Assembly (NCBI GenBank): GCA_964601305.1
Contig: CAZRMW010000003.1
Span: 3,116-67,115 of the forward strand
Direction: 5' to 3'
DNA length: 64,000 nt
Source: an uncultured Candidatus Saccharibacteria bacterium
GTDB lineage: Bacteria; Patescibacteriota; Minisyncoccia; JAHISW01; Tagabacteraceae
In this document: in pieces, positions 47,586 through 57,528 of the stretch
Layout of the letters: every line of letters begins with the position of its first letter
Position numbering within the stretch: the first letter of the stretch is position 1
The notes under the pieces: model-generated
Database searches by the model: none
What the model was told of the DNA's origin: nothing
What the model saw: only the letters and a program-made list of their open reading frames with translations
Program-made: the position numbers and the translations under genes

Positions 47586-47777
47586 ACGCCCCGCCCCTCA
47601 AAGATAAATTTATACCACAGGCTCTCAAAAAAATTTTTCATTTCGTTCCTCCCTTGCCTGACCCGAAGGGTTTAGAAGGCTCAAAAAATTATAAAAATTT
47701 TATATCAAATATTCTGCTTTCAATTTACATCATTTCTACCATTTTGTCAAGACCTAAAATTCAAAAAACCAAATTTA

Positions 47778-47805
47778 GCAAATACTCGCGATCGCGAGTA
47801 TTTGC
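47778..47805. terminator. bidirectional terminator palindrome GCAAATACTCGCGATCGCGAGTATTTGC followed by a T-run (contains GCGATCGC)
   Basis: It lies directly after the mnmA stop. Confidence 0.5.
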
Positions 47806-47812
47806 TGTTTTT

Positions 47813-48892
47813 TTATTTTATTGTCCCACCTCCCAGCATTGTGTCCCCTTCATAAATTACAAGAGATTGCCCCGAAGCCACCCCCACCTGCCCTTCCTCA
47901 AAAACAACTTTAATTTGCATCGACATCGGGTGTCGATGTATTCTACATTTTTGCAGTGGTTGCCTGTATCTAATTCTTGCTAGATAGTTTTTTAATAAAT
48001 CGGGAGTTTCCCCTAAAGTCCAATTTATATCTTTTATTTCCGCTTTCTTCTTCAAGTATTCACCGATGTCGGACATCGGTGAAACTACTAAAATATTTTT
48101 CTTTATATTTTTTTCTACTATATACATTGGTGCTTCTTTCCCGCTCAAACCGAACCCGTGCCTCTGGCCAATTGTATAATACTGTACTCCTCTATGTTCC
48201 CCTATTTGATTTCCCTTATCATCAAAAATTTTTCCTGGTTTTGGTTTTATATAATTTTTTAAAAATTCCTCCATATTGAACTCCCCCACAAAACAAAGTC
48301 CTTGGCTATCTTTTTTCTCTGCCACTGGCAAGCCAAACTTTTTAGCCATGTCTCGCACTTCTGTTTTTTGGTAATCTCCAAGCGGGAACAAACAGTGCTT
48401 TAGTTGCTCCTGCCCAAGCGTCCATAAAAAATAACTCTGATCCTTGCTCTTATCCTCCGCAAGCTCTAATCTGTTGGAAGTCGGACCTCCAACAGATACA
48501 ATTTTTACGTAGTGACCTGTGGCGATTTTATCTGCTCCTATTTCTCGAGCTTTTTTTAGAAACAAATCAAACTTTATATGCTTGTTGCACATAATATCTG
48601 GGTTTGGAGTTCGCCCTTCTTTGTATTCGGCTATCATATAGTCGATAATGTGTTTTTTGTACTCTTTAGAAAAATCAAATGTATAAAAAGGAATGTCTAA
48701 CATGGCACACACACGCATAGCGTCCCTTCTGTCTTCTCGCCAAGTGCAAGGAATGCCTGTTGGATACCATCCACGAATAAACACGCCAGACACATTGTAG
48801 CCTTGTTTTTTAAGCATCGCGGCAGTAGTAGAGCTATCTACCCCACCACTCATACCAACAAATATTTTTTGGGTTTTATCTTGACTTTTCAT
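47813..48892 (-). CDS. mnmA: tRNA-specific 2-thiouridylase MnmA
   Basis: The PP-loop SGGVDSS, the catalytic Cys region and the C-terminal RIRYRQ ... GGGTI are present. The gene contains two in-frame GC-rich palindromes. Confidence 0.85.
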   Translation of the reverse strand: MKSQDKTQKIFVGMSGGVDSSTTAAMLKKQGYNVSGVFIRGWYPTGIPCTWREDRRDAMRVCAMLDIPFYTFDFSKEYKKHIIDYMIAEYKEGRTPNPDIMCNKHIKFDLFLKKAREIGADKIATGHYVKIVSVGGPTSNRLELAEDKSKDQSYFLWTLGQEQLKHCLFPLGDYQKTEVRDMAKKFGLPVAEKKDSQGLCFVGEFNMEEFLKNYIKPKPGKIFDDKGNQIGEHRGVQYYTIGQRHGFGLSGKEAPMYIVEKNIKKNILVVSPMSDIGEYLKKKAEIKDINWTLGETPDLLKNYLARIRYRQPLQKCRIHRHPMSMQIKVVFEEGQVGVASGQSLVIYEGDTMLGGGTIK

Positions 48893-48955
48893 AATATTAC
48901 TGCTATGATAGCATGAATAGAATTTTTGAAAACACCTAAAAAAGGAGATTAAAAA

Positions 48956-49303
48956 ATGTACAACTACTTTCTATCTTTTCTTTGGAAACTGACTTTTACT
49001 GATGAACAAGAAGCCCTGGTTGAAATGAAGCTTATGGCAGTACATAAAAGCAAAAGAGATCCTCTAGCCTTTCCTACCCATGAAGATATTGAACTATTCC
49101 GCGAGCATCTTTTTTCAAAAGTTCGTTTGGCTGGCTTTAAACCAAAAGACTTAGAAAAAATCGGGGGGATTAGTTGTATCGATAAAAAATTTTACGATGG
49201 ATTTGTTATGACAAACAGAAAAGAAAGCCGACTTTTCCCAATAAGATCAAAGTCATGTGACACTTTTATATTTACAGAAGCATCCATTTTCCCTCAGAAA
49301 TGA
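48956..49303 (+). CDS. hypothetical protein
   Basis: ORF of 115 aa. A terminator hairpin CCCCCACAAATTTTTTGTGGGGG plus T-run follows at about 49326-49358. Confidence 0.4.
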   Translation: MYNYFLSFLWKLTFTDEQEALVEMKLMAVHKSKRDPLAFPTHEDIELFREHLFSKVRLAGFKPKDLEKIGGISCIDKKFYDGFVMTNRKESRLFPIRSKSCDTFIFTEASIFPQK

Positions 49304-49356
49304 AATGATTGTTTTATTCTGAAAACCCCCACAAATTTTTTGTGGGGGTTTCTTTT

Positions 49357-50562
49357 TTATCTATTTTTCCTTACTTGTTTTATTGCAAATCTATGCGCTT
49401 CAGCATCTACTTTTAAAAACAAATCTTTTTGTGCAGAAAACATTTCTCGTACAGATTTTTTAAGTTTGGCGCTAAAAATTATATTATAATCTTTAGCCGA
49501 AGATTGTGAGTGCTTCCCTGCTTTAGAAATACCAACTACTGGTATTTCTAGATTAACATTTTTTAAAATTTTTAAAAAAGTATTTACTTGTTGCCTTCCC
49601 CCATCTACCACAATTATGTCTGGGTATTGCCATTCTTTGTGTTTTAGTCTTCTTTCTAAAACTTCTCTAAGTGCCCCTGTGTCGTCTCCCACTCCAGCAC
49701 TTTTTATTTTAAAAAGTCTATAATCTTTTTTACTAGCTTTTCTGTTTATAAAAACTGCCATCGATCCATAAACATCTCCCTTCCCAAATTGAGAAATATC
49801 ATAGCCTTCTATTCGCATAGTACATATTTTATGCGATCGCATTATTTGTGTACTATGTGGTATTAAAACGATGTCGTCTAAAAACTTCCTGTTAGTTTTT
49901 GGGTTTTTGCTCTTTAAAAATCTTATAAGCCCACGGATTATTTTTTTATATTCTTTAGAGTTTATTTCCCTTGTACACACTCCAGCACATAATCCAATCT
50001 GATTGTGGAAGCAGGGCTTACCCCCCTCGGCGGGGCTTGCCAGAGGCACGCATGTACTGTACGGATAAATTCTCCTTGCTACACTCAAAATATTTTTTAA
50101 TTCTCTTACGCTCTGAAATGGCCCCACTAAATTTTTTGGCTTCCCCGCCGAGCGGGGTAAACCATATTTTTTTAAGTCTCTTTCGCGAACTACCACGGGC
50201 TTGGGGAAATCTTTATTCATATTAAAAAACAAATAGACAAAACTTTTGTGGTCTTTGTCTTTTATATTGTATTTTGGCCAATACTTTTTAATTAAATTAT
50301 TCTCAAGCACCGCCGACTCCAGCAAATTGTTGGTCTCTACAAAAGAAACTTTCTCTACCTCCCCCACAAACTGTTCCACCGGCCTTCTGTTGGAGGTCCG
50401 ACTTCCAACAGATAGAAAGTAGGAGGAGATGCGGGTTTTTAGGTTGGCTGCGCGGCCGACATATATTACCTTTTTCTTTTTATTTAAAAACAAATAAACC
50501 CCTGTCTTTTTTGGCAGTTTTTTCAAAAAATCCTTATTTTTATTGACTTTTATTGACTTCAT
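49357..50562 (-). CDS. uvrC: excinuclease ABC subunit C, short form (GIY-YIG domain plus RNase-H-like endonuclease domain; no (HhH)2)
   Basis: The N-terminal GIY-YIG is GVYLFLNKKKKVIYVGRAANLKTRISSYF. The C-terminal DAEAHRFAI is present. The protein is 401 aa. It contains two CCCCGCYSGGCGGGG hairpin elements. Confidence 0.75.
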   Translation of the reverse strand: MKSIKVNKNKDFLKKLPKKTGVYLFLNKKKKVIYVGRAANLKTRISSYFLSVGSRTSNRRPVEQFVGEVEKVSFVETNNLLESAVLENNLIKKYWPKYNIKDKDHKSFVYLFFNMNKDFPKPVVVRERDLKKYGLPRSAGKPKNLVGPFQSVRELKNILSVARRIYPYSTCVPLASPAEGGKPCFHNQIGLCAGVCTREINSKEYKKIIRGLIRFLKSKNPKTNRKFLDDIVLIPHSTQIMRSHKICTMRIEGYDISQFGKGDVYGSMAVFINRKASKKDYRLFKIKSAGVGDDTGALREVLERRLKHKEWQYPDIIVVDGGRQQVNTFLKILKNVNLEIPVVGISKAGKHSQSSAKDYNIIFSAKLKKSVREMFSAQKDLFLKVDAEAHRFAIKQVRKNR

Positions 50563-50581
50563 ATTTTTGAGTTAAAAATAT

Positions 50582-50609
50582 TTGACAAATTATTTGGTTG
50601 CTATACAAT
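50582..50609 (+). promoter_or_regulatory. sigma70-like promoter (TTGACA-N16-TACAAT) on the plus strand in the uvrC-uvrA intergenic region
   Basis: It is antisense to both flanking genes. A hairpin plus T-run terminator lies ~70 nt downstream. Confidence 0.4.
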
Positions 50610-50615
50610 AAACAG

Positions 50616-50686
50616 AGATATCCTTCTTCTGGGGTTGAAGGGTTCATGGTTAAGGGGGGCAACCGTTTGCCCCCCTTTTTTTTATT
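50616..50686 (+). ncRNA. candidate ~70-nt small RNA (promoter to GGGGGGCAACCGTTTGCCCCCC plus U9 terminator)
   Basis: A consensus-like promoter and a strong intrinsic terminator are present. An internal hairpin CCUUC...GAAGG is present. There is no ORF. Confidence 0.3.
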
Positions 50687-53195
50687 TCAGATACCCTTTT
50701 AAATATTCCCCTGTGTGGGAATTTTTATTTTGGGCAACTTCTTCTGGTGTACCTTTTGCCACAAGTTTACCACCTTTATCTCCCCCATCTGGCCCCAAGT
50801 CTATTATATAATCCGCTACTTTTACAATGTGCATGTTGTGCTCAATTACTACTACCGTGTTTCCTTTTTCTACTATTTTTTGTAACACATCTAAAAGCAT
50901 TTTTATATCGTCGTAGTGCAAGCCAGTAGACGGCTCGTCCAGCAGATAAACAGCATTTCTTACAAATGGCTTGCTAAGCTCTTTGGCAAGTTTTATTCTC
51001 TGTGCCTCTCCACCACTAAGCGTAGTTGCTGGTTGGCCAAGCTTTATGTATCCAAGCCCTACATCTTTTAGCACTTTCAGCTTGTCTGAAATGGTATAAA
51101 TATCTTTAAAAAATTCATATGCTTCTTCCACTGTCATTTTTAAAACATCTGAAATATTTTTGTCTCTGTGTTTTACTTCTAAAGTTTCTCTATTAAATCT
51201 TTTTCCTTGACACACATCGCACCCCACAGACACCGCCGGCAAAAAATGCATCTCTACCAAATTAAATCCCACACCATCGCATGCTTCGCATCTTCCGCCT
51301 GGTTTGTTGAATGAAAATCTCCCTGCTCTGTACCCTCTTTCACGTGCGTCTTCAAGCTCCGCGAAAAACTCACGAATAGGTGTCCAAATACCTGTATAAG
51401 TAGCCGGGTTGGAGCGTGGACTTCTACCAATTGGTGATTGGTTTATTTCTATAACTCTACTTAAATATTCTAATCCCAAAATTTTTCCTACATTTTTAAA
51501 GCCAACATCCCTTCTTTTATAGTTTACATTCGCTAAATTTTTATGAAGTACCTCATAAAGCAAGCTACTCTTGCCACTCCCAGACACACCCGTAAGACAC
51601 ACCAATTTTTTTAGTGGTATATCTATATTTACATTTTTTAAATTATTTACTTTAGCGCCAATTATTTGCACTTTTTCGTGTATCTTTTTACGCCTTTCTG
51701 GAAGATCTATTTTTTGCTTGCCTACCAAATAATCTATGGTTGAAGATTTTTTATTTTTTAAGGCTTTACTAATCTCCTCGTTTACTACCACCTCGCCCCC
51801 ATGCCTTCCAGGGCCAGGGCCAAGATCTACCAAATGGTCGGACTCCATAATAGTTCTCTCGTCGTGCTCTACCACTATTACAGTGTTTCCAGCTTTTTTT
51901 AATTCTTTAAGAGTTTTTATTAGTCTTTTGTTGTCGCGCTCGTGTAAGCCTATTGTTGGCTCATCTAAAACATAGAGCGTTCCTGCGAGCTTGGAGCCGA
52001 TTTGGGACGCGAGGCGTATTCTTTGCGCTTCGCCACCGCTAAGCGTAGATGCTTTTCTGTCGAGTGTCATATACTCTAGGCCTACTTCTAAAAGAAACCC
52101 TAACCGAGAAATAATTTCTCTGAGAGGTTCTTTGGCAACGCTATTTTCTTTTTTATTTAGCTTGCTTTCTAAATTTATAAAAAATTCATAAGCCTCTGTG
52201 ATATTTTTAGAAATTATATCGTGAATATTTTTGTTAGAGATTTTTACAGAAAGCGCTTCTTCTTTTAGCCTTTTACCTTTACATGCTGGACACTTTTCTT
52301 TTGTAAAAAAATCTTGCATACCTAAACCCGAACATGCCTCGCACGCTCCATGTGGACTATTGAAAGAAAATAGCCGTGGCTCAATTTCTGGAAAAGCAAA
52401 TTCGTCTTTAGGGCAATTCCATTTTGAAGAATATAATTTTTCTTCGCTTAAAAATTTTGCTACCACTAATCCCTTGCTATAATTGAGTGCGTCTTCTACT
52501 GCTTCCGTAAGCCTAGAAATATCTTTAGGTTGGACTTTATCTATTAAAATTTCTATGTCGTGCTTTTTGTTTTTGGTTAGATTTATCTGATCGTGAAGAG
52601 AATGCTTTTTGCCATCTACCCTTGCTTCTTCATACCCTTTGTCTAAAAAATCATAAAGAAGCTGATAATACTCCCCTTTTCTACCTCTAACTACTGGAGA
52701 AAATATCGACACAAAACCTGCTTTCTCTTTGTTGGCTCGTTTTATTATAGAGTCTACAATTTCTTGCGCGCTCATTTTTTTTATTTTGCCTCCACATTTT
52801 GGACAATAAACAACCCCGATTCTTGCATAAAGCACACGCAAATAATCATAAATTTCTGTAAGAGTAGCCACTATAGAACGCGGGTTTCTTCCATGCGCTT
52901 TTTGATTTATAGCAATTGCTGGAGAAAGGCCTTCAATGTCGTCTACATCTGGCCTATCGGATTGACCCAAAAACTGTCTTGCGTATGGCGACAAAGATTC
53001 TATATATCTTCTTTGTCCTTCCACAAAAATAGTATCGAAAGCAAGAGAGGACTTTCCGCTTCCAGACACACCAGTAAATACTATCAGCTTATCTTTTGGA
53101 ATCTCTAAGCTGATGTCTTTCAAATTGTGCACTCTAGCACCTTTTATTTTTATTTTTCTTGCCCCGCTCGGCGGGGTTTTATTTTCCTTTTTCAT
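50682..53195 (-). CDS. uvrA: excinuclease ABC subunit A
   Basis: Two ABC ATPase modules ([17 protein letters not shown]) and Cys4 zinc fingers are present. The N-terminus [14 protein letters not shown] is encoded by the same GC-rich 24-mer as in rpsI. Confidence 0.9.
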   Translation of the reverse strand: MKKENKTPPSGARKIKIKGARVHNLKDISLEIPKDKLIVFTGVSGSGKSSLAFDTIFVEGQRRYIESLSPYARQFLGQSDRPDVDDIEGLSPAIAINQKAHGRNPRSIVATLTEIYDYLRVLYARIGVVYCPKCGGKIKKMSAQEIVDSIIKRANKEKAGFVSIFSPVVRGRKGEYYQLLYDFLDKGYEEARVDGKKHSLHDQINLTKNKKHDIEILIDKVQPKDISRLTEAVEDALNYSKGLVVAKFLSEEKLYSSKWNCPKDEFAFPEIEPRLFSFNSPHGACEACSGLGMQDFFTKEKCPACKGKRLKEEALSVKISNKNIHDIISKNITEAYEFFINLESKLNKKENSVAKEPLREIISRLGFLLEVGLEYMTLDRKASTLSGGEAQRIRLASQIGSKLAGTLYVLDEPTIGLHERDNKRLIKTLKELKKAGNTVIVVEHDERTIMESDHLVDLGPGPGRHGGEVVVNEEISKALKNKKSSTIDYLVGKQKIDLPERRKKIHEKVQIIGAKVNNLKNVNIDIPLKKLVCLTGVSGSGKSSLLYEVLHKNLANVNYKRRDVGFKNVGKILGLEYLSRVIEINQSPIGRSPRSNPATYTGIWTPIREFFAELEDARERGYRAGRFSFNKPGGRCEACDGVGFNLVEMHFLPAVSVGCDVCQGKRFNRETLEVKHRDKNISDVLKMTVEEAYEFFKDIYTISDKLKVLKDVGLGYIKLGQPATTLSGGEAQRIKLAKELSKPFVRNAVYLLDEPSTGLHYDDIKMLLDVLQKIVEKGNTVVVIEHNMHIVKVADYIIDLGPDGGDKGGKLVAKGTPEEVAQNKNSHTGEYLKGYLK

Positions 53196-55041
53196 TCTTT
53201 TTGTCTATATTCAAAAATCTTTCTATTTTCTTTTTTATGGTCTGTGGCTTTATGCCATGTTTTTTGTTGTATTCTAGCTGAATTTTTCTCCTTCTTTCAG
53301 TTTCCTCCACTGCCCTCTTTACCGATTTTGTCTTTTCGTCTGCATAAAGAATTACTCTTCCTGCACTGTTTCTAGCAGCACGACCTATTGTTTGAATAAG
53401 CGAAGTTTCGTTTCTTAAAAACCCTTCTCTATCTGCATCTAAAATTGCTACTAAAGATACTTCTGGTAAATCTAACCCTTCTCTAAGCAAGTTTACTCCC
53501 ACAAGCACATCAAACTTTCCTTCTCTAAAATTCGTAAGCGTATCGGCTCGCTCCAAAGTTTTTATATCGCTATGTATATATCTACACCTTATTTTCTTTC
53601 TCTTTAAAAAATCTGTAAGCTCTTCTGAGCTTCTTTTGGTAAGAGTTATCGCAAGCACTCTTTCATTTTTGGAAACGGTTTTCTCAATTTCTTCAAGCAA
53701 ATCATCAATCTGCGTTTTTTGCTTTTTGTTGGAAGCTAAGCTTCCAACAGATACAATTGGGGCGACTGGACGGATGAAAATTTTGGGATCCACTAGTCCT
53801 GTAGGGCGTATTACCTGCTCTACCACACCTTCTGAATTTTCTTTCTCAAAATCTGCTGGAGTAGCTGAAGTAAAAATAGTTTGGCCAATCCTCTGCTCGA
53901 ACTCTTTAAAATTGAGCGGCCTATTGTCTATTGCACTTGGGAGCCTCCATCCGTGCTCTACTAAAATATTTTTTCTGCTTTTGTCCCCAGCAAACATACC
54001 TCCAATTTGTGGTACAGCTAAATGAGATTCATCTATAATTGTTAAAAATTCATCTGGCAATCCAAAATATGAAAGAAGTGTTTCTGGAGGATCACCAGCA
54101 AATTTGCCAGTTAAGTGCCTAGAATAATTTTCTATGCCATGGCAATAGCCAACTCTGCCTATCATTTCTAAGTCATATTTTGTTCTTTTTTCAAGACGCT
54201 CTTCTTCAAGAAGTAATCCATTTTTTCTAAAATGTTTTAATCTTTCTTTTAGTTCATTTTTGATATCTTTAATTGCCCTTTTCCTTTCTGGTGCAGACAT
54301 TATAAAATGCTTTGGAGGAAAAATCACAACATCTTTTATGCCCTCTAACTTATGCTTTGTAAGTGGGTCGAATTTAATAATATTTTTAATTTTTTGATTT
54401 TCTAAAATTATTTTATAAGCAATATCTTCAGAAGCTGGCATAAATTCTATTTTATCGCCTCTCACCCTAAAATGCCCCCTCTTGAGGGAGATTGGGTTTC
54501 GCTCAAAATGTATTTTTATAAATTGCTTTATTAAGTCTTTGCGAGTAATCATTTTGCCTACTTCAAGCACTAAGCTAGATTTTAAATATCTTTCAGGAAC
54601 TCCAAGATTGTAAATACACGATACGGACGCTACGACTATTACATCTTTTCGGGTAAGGAGAGCAGAAGTAGCTTCGTGACGAAGTTTTTCTATTTCATCG
54701 TTTATCATTGCCTCTTTTTGTATATATGTATCAGTAATTGGAAGATATGCTTCTGGTTGATAATAATCGTAATAAGAGACAAAGTAGCAAACTTTGTTTT
54801 CTGGAAAAAAATTTTTGTACTCGCTATAAAGCTGTGCTGCCAAAGTTTTATTTGGTGCTATCACTAGTGTTGGTTTGCCAGTTTTTTCTATAATATTTGC
54901 TGTCGAAAAAGTTTTTCCGCTTCCTGTTACACCCAAAAGAGTCTGGTATCTTTTACCAGATTTTAGTCCTTTTGTAAGCTGATCAACCGCTTCTGATTGA
55001 TCTCCTGCTAATTTGAAACTTGAATGTAGTTTAAATTTCAT
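53179..55041 (-). CDS. uvrB: excinuclease ABC subunit B (start placed at [19 protein letters not shown]; the upstream in-frame ORF extension to 55218 is rejected)
   Basis: The helicase motif GVTGSGKTF, a beta-hairpin and a C-terminal UvrB/C domain are present. The N-terminus aligns with canonical UvrB starting at the internal Met. The extension reads through a GC-rich intergenic palindrome. Confidence 0.9.
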   Translation of the reverse strand: MKFKLHSSFKLAGDQSEAVDQLTKGLKSGKRYQTLLGVTGSGKTFSTANIIEKTGKPTLVIAPNKTLAAQLYSEYKNFFPENKVCYFVSYYDYYQPEAYLPITDTYIQKEAMINDEIEKLRHEATSALLTRKDVIVVASVSCIYNLGVPERYLKSSLVLEVGKMITRKDLIKQFIKIHFERNPISLKRGHFRVRGDKIEFMPASEDIAYKIILENQKIKNIIKFDPLTKHKLEGIKDVVIFPPKHFIMSAPERKRAIKDIKNELKERLKHFRKNGLLLEEERLEKRTKYDLEMIGRVGYCHGIENYSRHLTGKFAGDPPETLLSYFGLPDEFLTIIDESHLAVPQIGGMFAGDKSRKNILVEHGWRLPSAIDNRPLNFKEFEQRIGQTIFTSATPADFEKENSEGVVEQVIRPTGLVDPKIFIRPVAPIVSVGSLASNKKQKTQIDDLLEEIEKTVSKNERVLAITLTKRSSEELTDFLKRKKIRCRYIHSDIKTLERADTLTNFREGKFDVLVGVNLLREGLDLPEVSLVAILDADREGFLRNETSLIQTIGRAARNSAGRVILYADEKTKSVKRAVEETERRRKIQLEYNKKHGIKPQTIKKKIERFLNIDKKNEKGK

Positions 55042-55065
55042 AATTTTTGATTTTAGTTTGCCTGC

Positions 55066-55093
55066 CCGCCTCAATGCGAAGCTTTGGGCGGGA
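55066..55093. repeat. GC-rich palindrome CCCGCCTCAATGCGAAGCTTTGGGCGGG in the uvrB 5-prime UTR
   Basis: It shares TGCCCGCCTC with the in-frame palindrome in xth (63722-63762). Confidence 0.45.
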
Positions 55094-55222
55094 ACATACA
55101 AAACTGACCCCGTTTGTTTATACTGGGGGTATATAAAAAATTTAGTTGTACAACCATATTGCCACGCACCAAACAAAAAAGCAACCCTCGGGGAGTTGCC
55201 TTTATTAACTTTTAGCACTTTT

Positions 55223-55600
55223 TTATTTCAAAAATTTTGCAATAGTTTTTCTTAGCAAACTTGAAAAACCAACAACTATTTTTTCTATAACCTCTTCTCT
55301 TGTTGGACAACCTGCAAGTCTTCTTGGGTCGCCCTCTTTAAATTCCAACCAGCCGTATTTAATACCATCTTCCTTACCTACAGCAATCCCTGTCTTTTGG
55401 TGGAACTCCGATCGATTCCTGTTTGGAATACCATCAACTATAAGTTCACAAACAATCGTTATCTCTCTAGTCTTTTCGTCTTCTTTAATTCTTACAATCT
55501 TAGCGTCACACCTATGAAAAGCATCGTTATCCCCATCATGAAATACTCTTTCTAAAACATCTCCCACTTTGACCTCGGAAAAATCTGAAAGAACAAACAT
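55223..55600 (-). CDS. hypothetical protein
   Basis: ORF of 125 aa followed by a terminator GCAACTCCCCGAGGGTTGC plus T-run on the minus strand. Confidence 0.4.
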   Translation of the reverse strand: MFVLSDFSEVKVGDVLERVFHDGDNDAFHRCDAKIVRIKEDEKTREITIVCELIVDGIPNRNRSEFHQKTGIAVGKEDGIKYGWLEFKEGDPRRLAGCPTREEVIEKIVVGFSSLLRKTIAKFLK

Positions 55601-55702
55601 GCAACCCTCCTTTTTTGTGGTAAAAGTATAGCTAAAATCTAACTAAGACCATAACACACCTCAAAATAAAAACAACCCTGTCATCCGACGGTGTACAGCC
55701 CA

Positions 55703-56674
55703 CTACTTCCCTAGATATTTTTTGCGGTTAGCTAGGTGCTGATTGTAAGTTTTTGCATAGTGAATTTTTCCATTTTTGTCTGAAAGATAAAACCAGTACC
55801 CCGTTTTTACTGGATTAAGAGCTGCTTCAAGCGCATTTAATCCCGGATTAGCAATCGGTCCTGGCGGAAGCCCTTTGTACAAATAAGTATTGTACGGTGA
55901 GTCTATTTTTAAATCCTTTGTTGTAAGTTGCAAGCTGTGCTTACCTATTATATACGGAAACACTGCGTCCACCTGAAGCGCCATATCCACATCTATCCTT
56001 TTCCAGAGTATGCCAGAAATTATTTCCATATCTTTTTTTACATAAGCCTCTTTCTCTAGAAGTGATGCCATTATCACAATATCTTTTTCTCTCATTTCTT
56101 CTGGCACTTTCTTTTCAAAAGTTTCTTGCATAATTTCTATCATTTTTTCTGTAGAAATATCCAGTGGAACAAAATATGTATCTGGAAAAAGATACCCCTC
56201 TAATTCTTTGTCCTTTATTTTAAAATCTTTAAATCCAAAACCTTTAAAAATTAATTCAATTTCCTCTATAGTAACGCCTTCTGGCAAAGTAACTCTGGCA
56301 AAATTATCTACCCCACCCGTCCTAGTAATTTCTCTAAAAAGCTTAGTGGCCGTAATCGGTCTTTCAAAAAAATACTCCCCTGCTTTTACATCTTCTCTGC
56401 TTCGAAGAAACCAACCATAAGTATCGAACCAAAAGGCACTACGAACTAAATTTTGTTCTTCAAAATCTGCAGCTACTTTTTTAAATGAAGTACCTTTCTC
56501 TATAGTAACAATTTGCTTGTCTGGGAAATTTGCCGGTGGCGCAATTGTGAAATACAAGAATAAAAAAGTTCCCACAAAAGCTATAAACACCAAAACAACC
56601 AAACCAAAAGTAATTCTTAGTTTAAACTGCATTTTTGACAAAAGATTTTCTATGATGTTTTTTAAATTTTCCAT
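55703..56674 (-). CDS. mltG: endolytic murein transglycosylase MltG (YceG-like)
   Basis: An N-terminal TM is present. The YceG signature is YNTYLYKGLPPGPIANPG. Confidence 0.8.
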   Translation of the reverse strand: MENLKNIIENLLSKMQFKLRITFGLVVLVFIAFVGTFLFLYFTIAPPANFPDKQIVTIEKGTSFKKVAADFEEQNLVRSAFWFDTYGWFLRSREDVKAGEYFFERPITATKLFREITRTGGVDNFARVTLPEGVTIEEIELIFKGFGFKDFKIKDKELEGYLFPDTYFVPLDISTEKMIEIMQETFEKKVPEEMREKDIVIMASLLEKEAYVKKDMEIISGILWKRIDVDMALQVDAVFPYIIGKHSLQLTTKDLKIDSPYNTYLYKGLPPGPIANPGLNALEAALNPVKTGYWFYLSDKNGKIHYAKTYNQHLANRKKYLGK

Positions 56675-56715
56675 TAAAACTAATTATACCACTTTACAAA
56701 ATTTAATACATAAAA

Positions 56716-56742
56716 AACTAGTGAGGTTGAACCTCGCTAGTT
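56716..56742. repeat. 27-nt exact repeat AACTAGTGAGGTTGAACCTCGCTAGTT (copy 2, intergenic)
   Basis: It is identical to 25648-25674. Confidence 0.6.
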
Positions 56743-56811
56743 GAATAGCTGGGAGGTTGGAGGGGTGGATAAAATAGCAAAAATCCTCAAACGCTAATAG
56801 CGCCCGAGGAT

Positions 56812-57408
56812 TTAGTTTTTTATAATTGCAACAACCCTAGGAATATTTACAGATTTTTTTGAAGAAACCCTTAAAGAACAAAACTTATCCATTAATCTGT
56901 GGCCAACCCATTCATAATCTACATATTTTCCAAAAAGGAGACTTTTCCCAATAAAATTAAGCCAATCACTCTCTGTTAACAACTTCGTACCAAGATAATG
57001 GTATGAATTTCCAGAGTTTAAAACAACCCCTTCTTTTTCTTCAGTTTCATACAAAAATTCAAGAATTTTTAATAAATTTTCGTTTGAAACAGAGCACCGA
57101 AAATCGATCATTGGTATATGAAAAATTTCCTTATCTATTTCTACTTTTGAAGATAAAGCTAGGGCATATCCATCTTTCAAACAATTATCAGTATATTCAA
57201 TAGCTCTACTCAAAATATCTTCTCTTCTCAACACAAAAACTCCCTCTGTCCTTGTTTCTCTATGGTAAAGTAGTCTGGAAACATAGGAAGAAATTTTTTT
57301 CTTTTTGCTTTTGCCAAAACGATATGTCTTAAATGTTAAATATGAAATTTGCGTATTTTTCAAAAGAAAGTATTGAACAGCTTCTATAATATTGTCGCCT
57401 ATTTTCAA
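56812..57408 (-). CDS. hypothetical protein (weak resemblance to archaeo-eukaryotic primase small-subunit motifs)
   Basis: HIPMIDFRC and LNSGNSYHYLG resemble AEP motifs I and II. The match is degenerate and the confidence is low. Confidence 0.3.
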   Translation of the reverse strand: MKIGDNIIEAVQYFLLKNTQISYLTFKTYRFGKSKKKKISSYVSRLLYHRETRTEGVFVLRREDILSRAIEYTDNCLKDGYALALSSKVEIDKEIFHIPMIDFRCSVSNENLLKILEFLYETEEKEGVVLNSGNSYHYLGTKLLTESDWLNFIGKSLLFGKYVDYEWVGHRLMDKFCSLRVSSKKSVNIPRVVAIIKN

Positions 57409-57528
57409 AGTAAACCTCCTTTTTTTCTTATCTTTAAATAAAAACTAACAAACTGAGCAAAAATGTAAAGTGTCAAGATTGTTTTAAAAAATTCAAAATG
57501 GTAATTTATTAGAAGAAAGATTAAATCC

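Noticed and set aside
44914-49842. HIP1-like GCGATCGC octamers (3 copies) as a cyanobacterial signature.
   Set aside because: Three copies are only mildly above expectation, and two are parts of terminator palindromes. They are noted but are not evidence of cyanobacterial origin.
55042-55218. An N-terminal extension of the uvrB ORF back to an ATG at 55218 (679 aa in the ORF track).
   Set aside because: UvrB alignment begins at the internal [19 protein letters not shown]. The extension is translated through a GC-rich intergenic palindrome and the terminator of the upstream gene, so it is treated as promoter/5-prime UTR.
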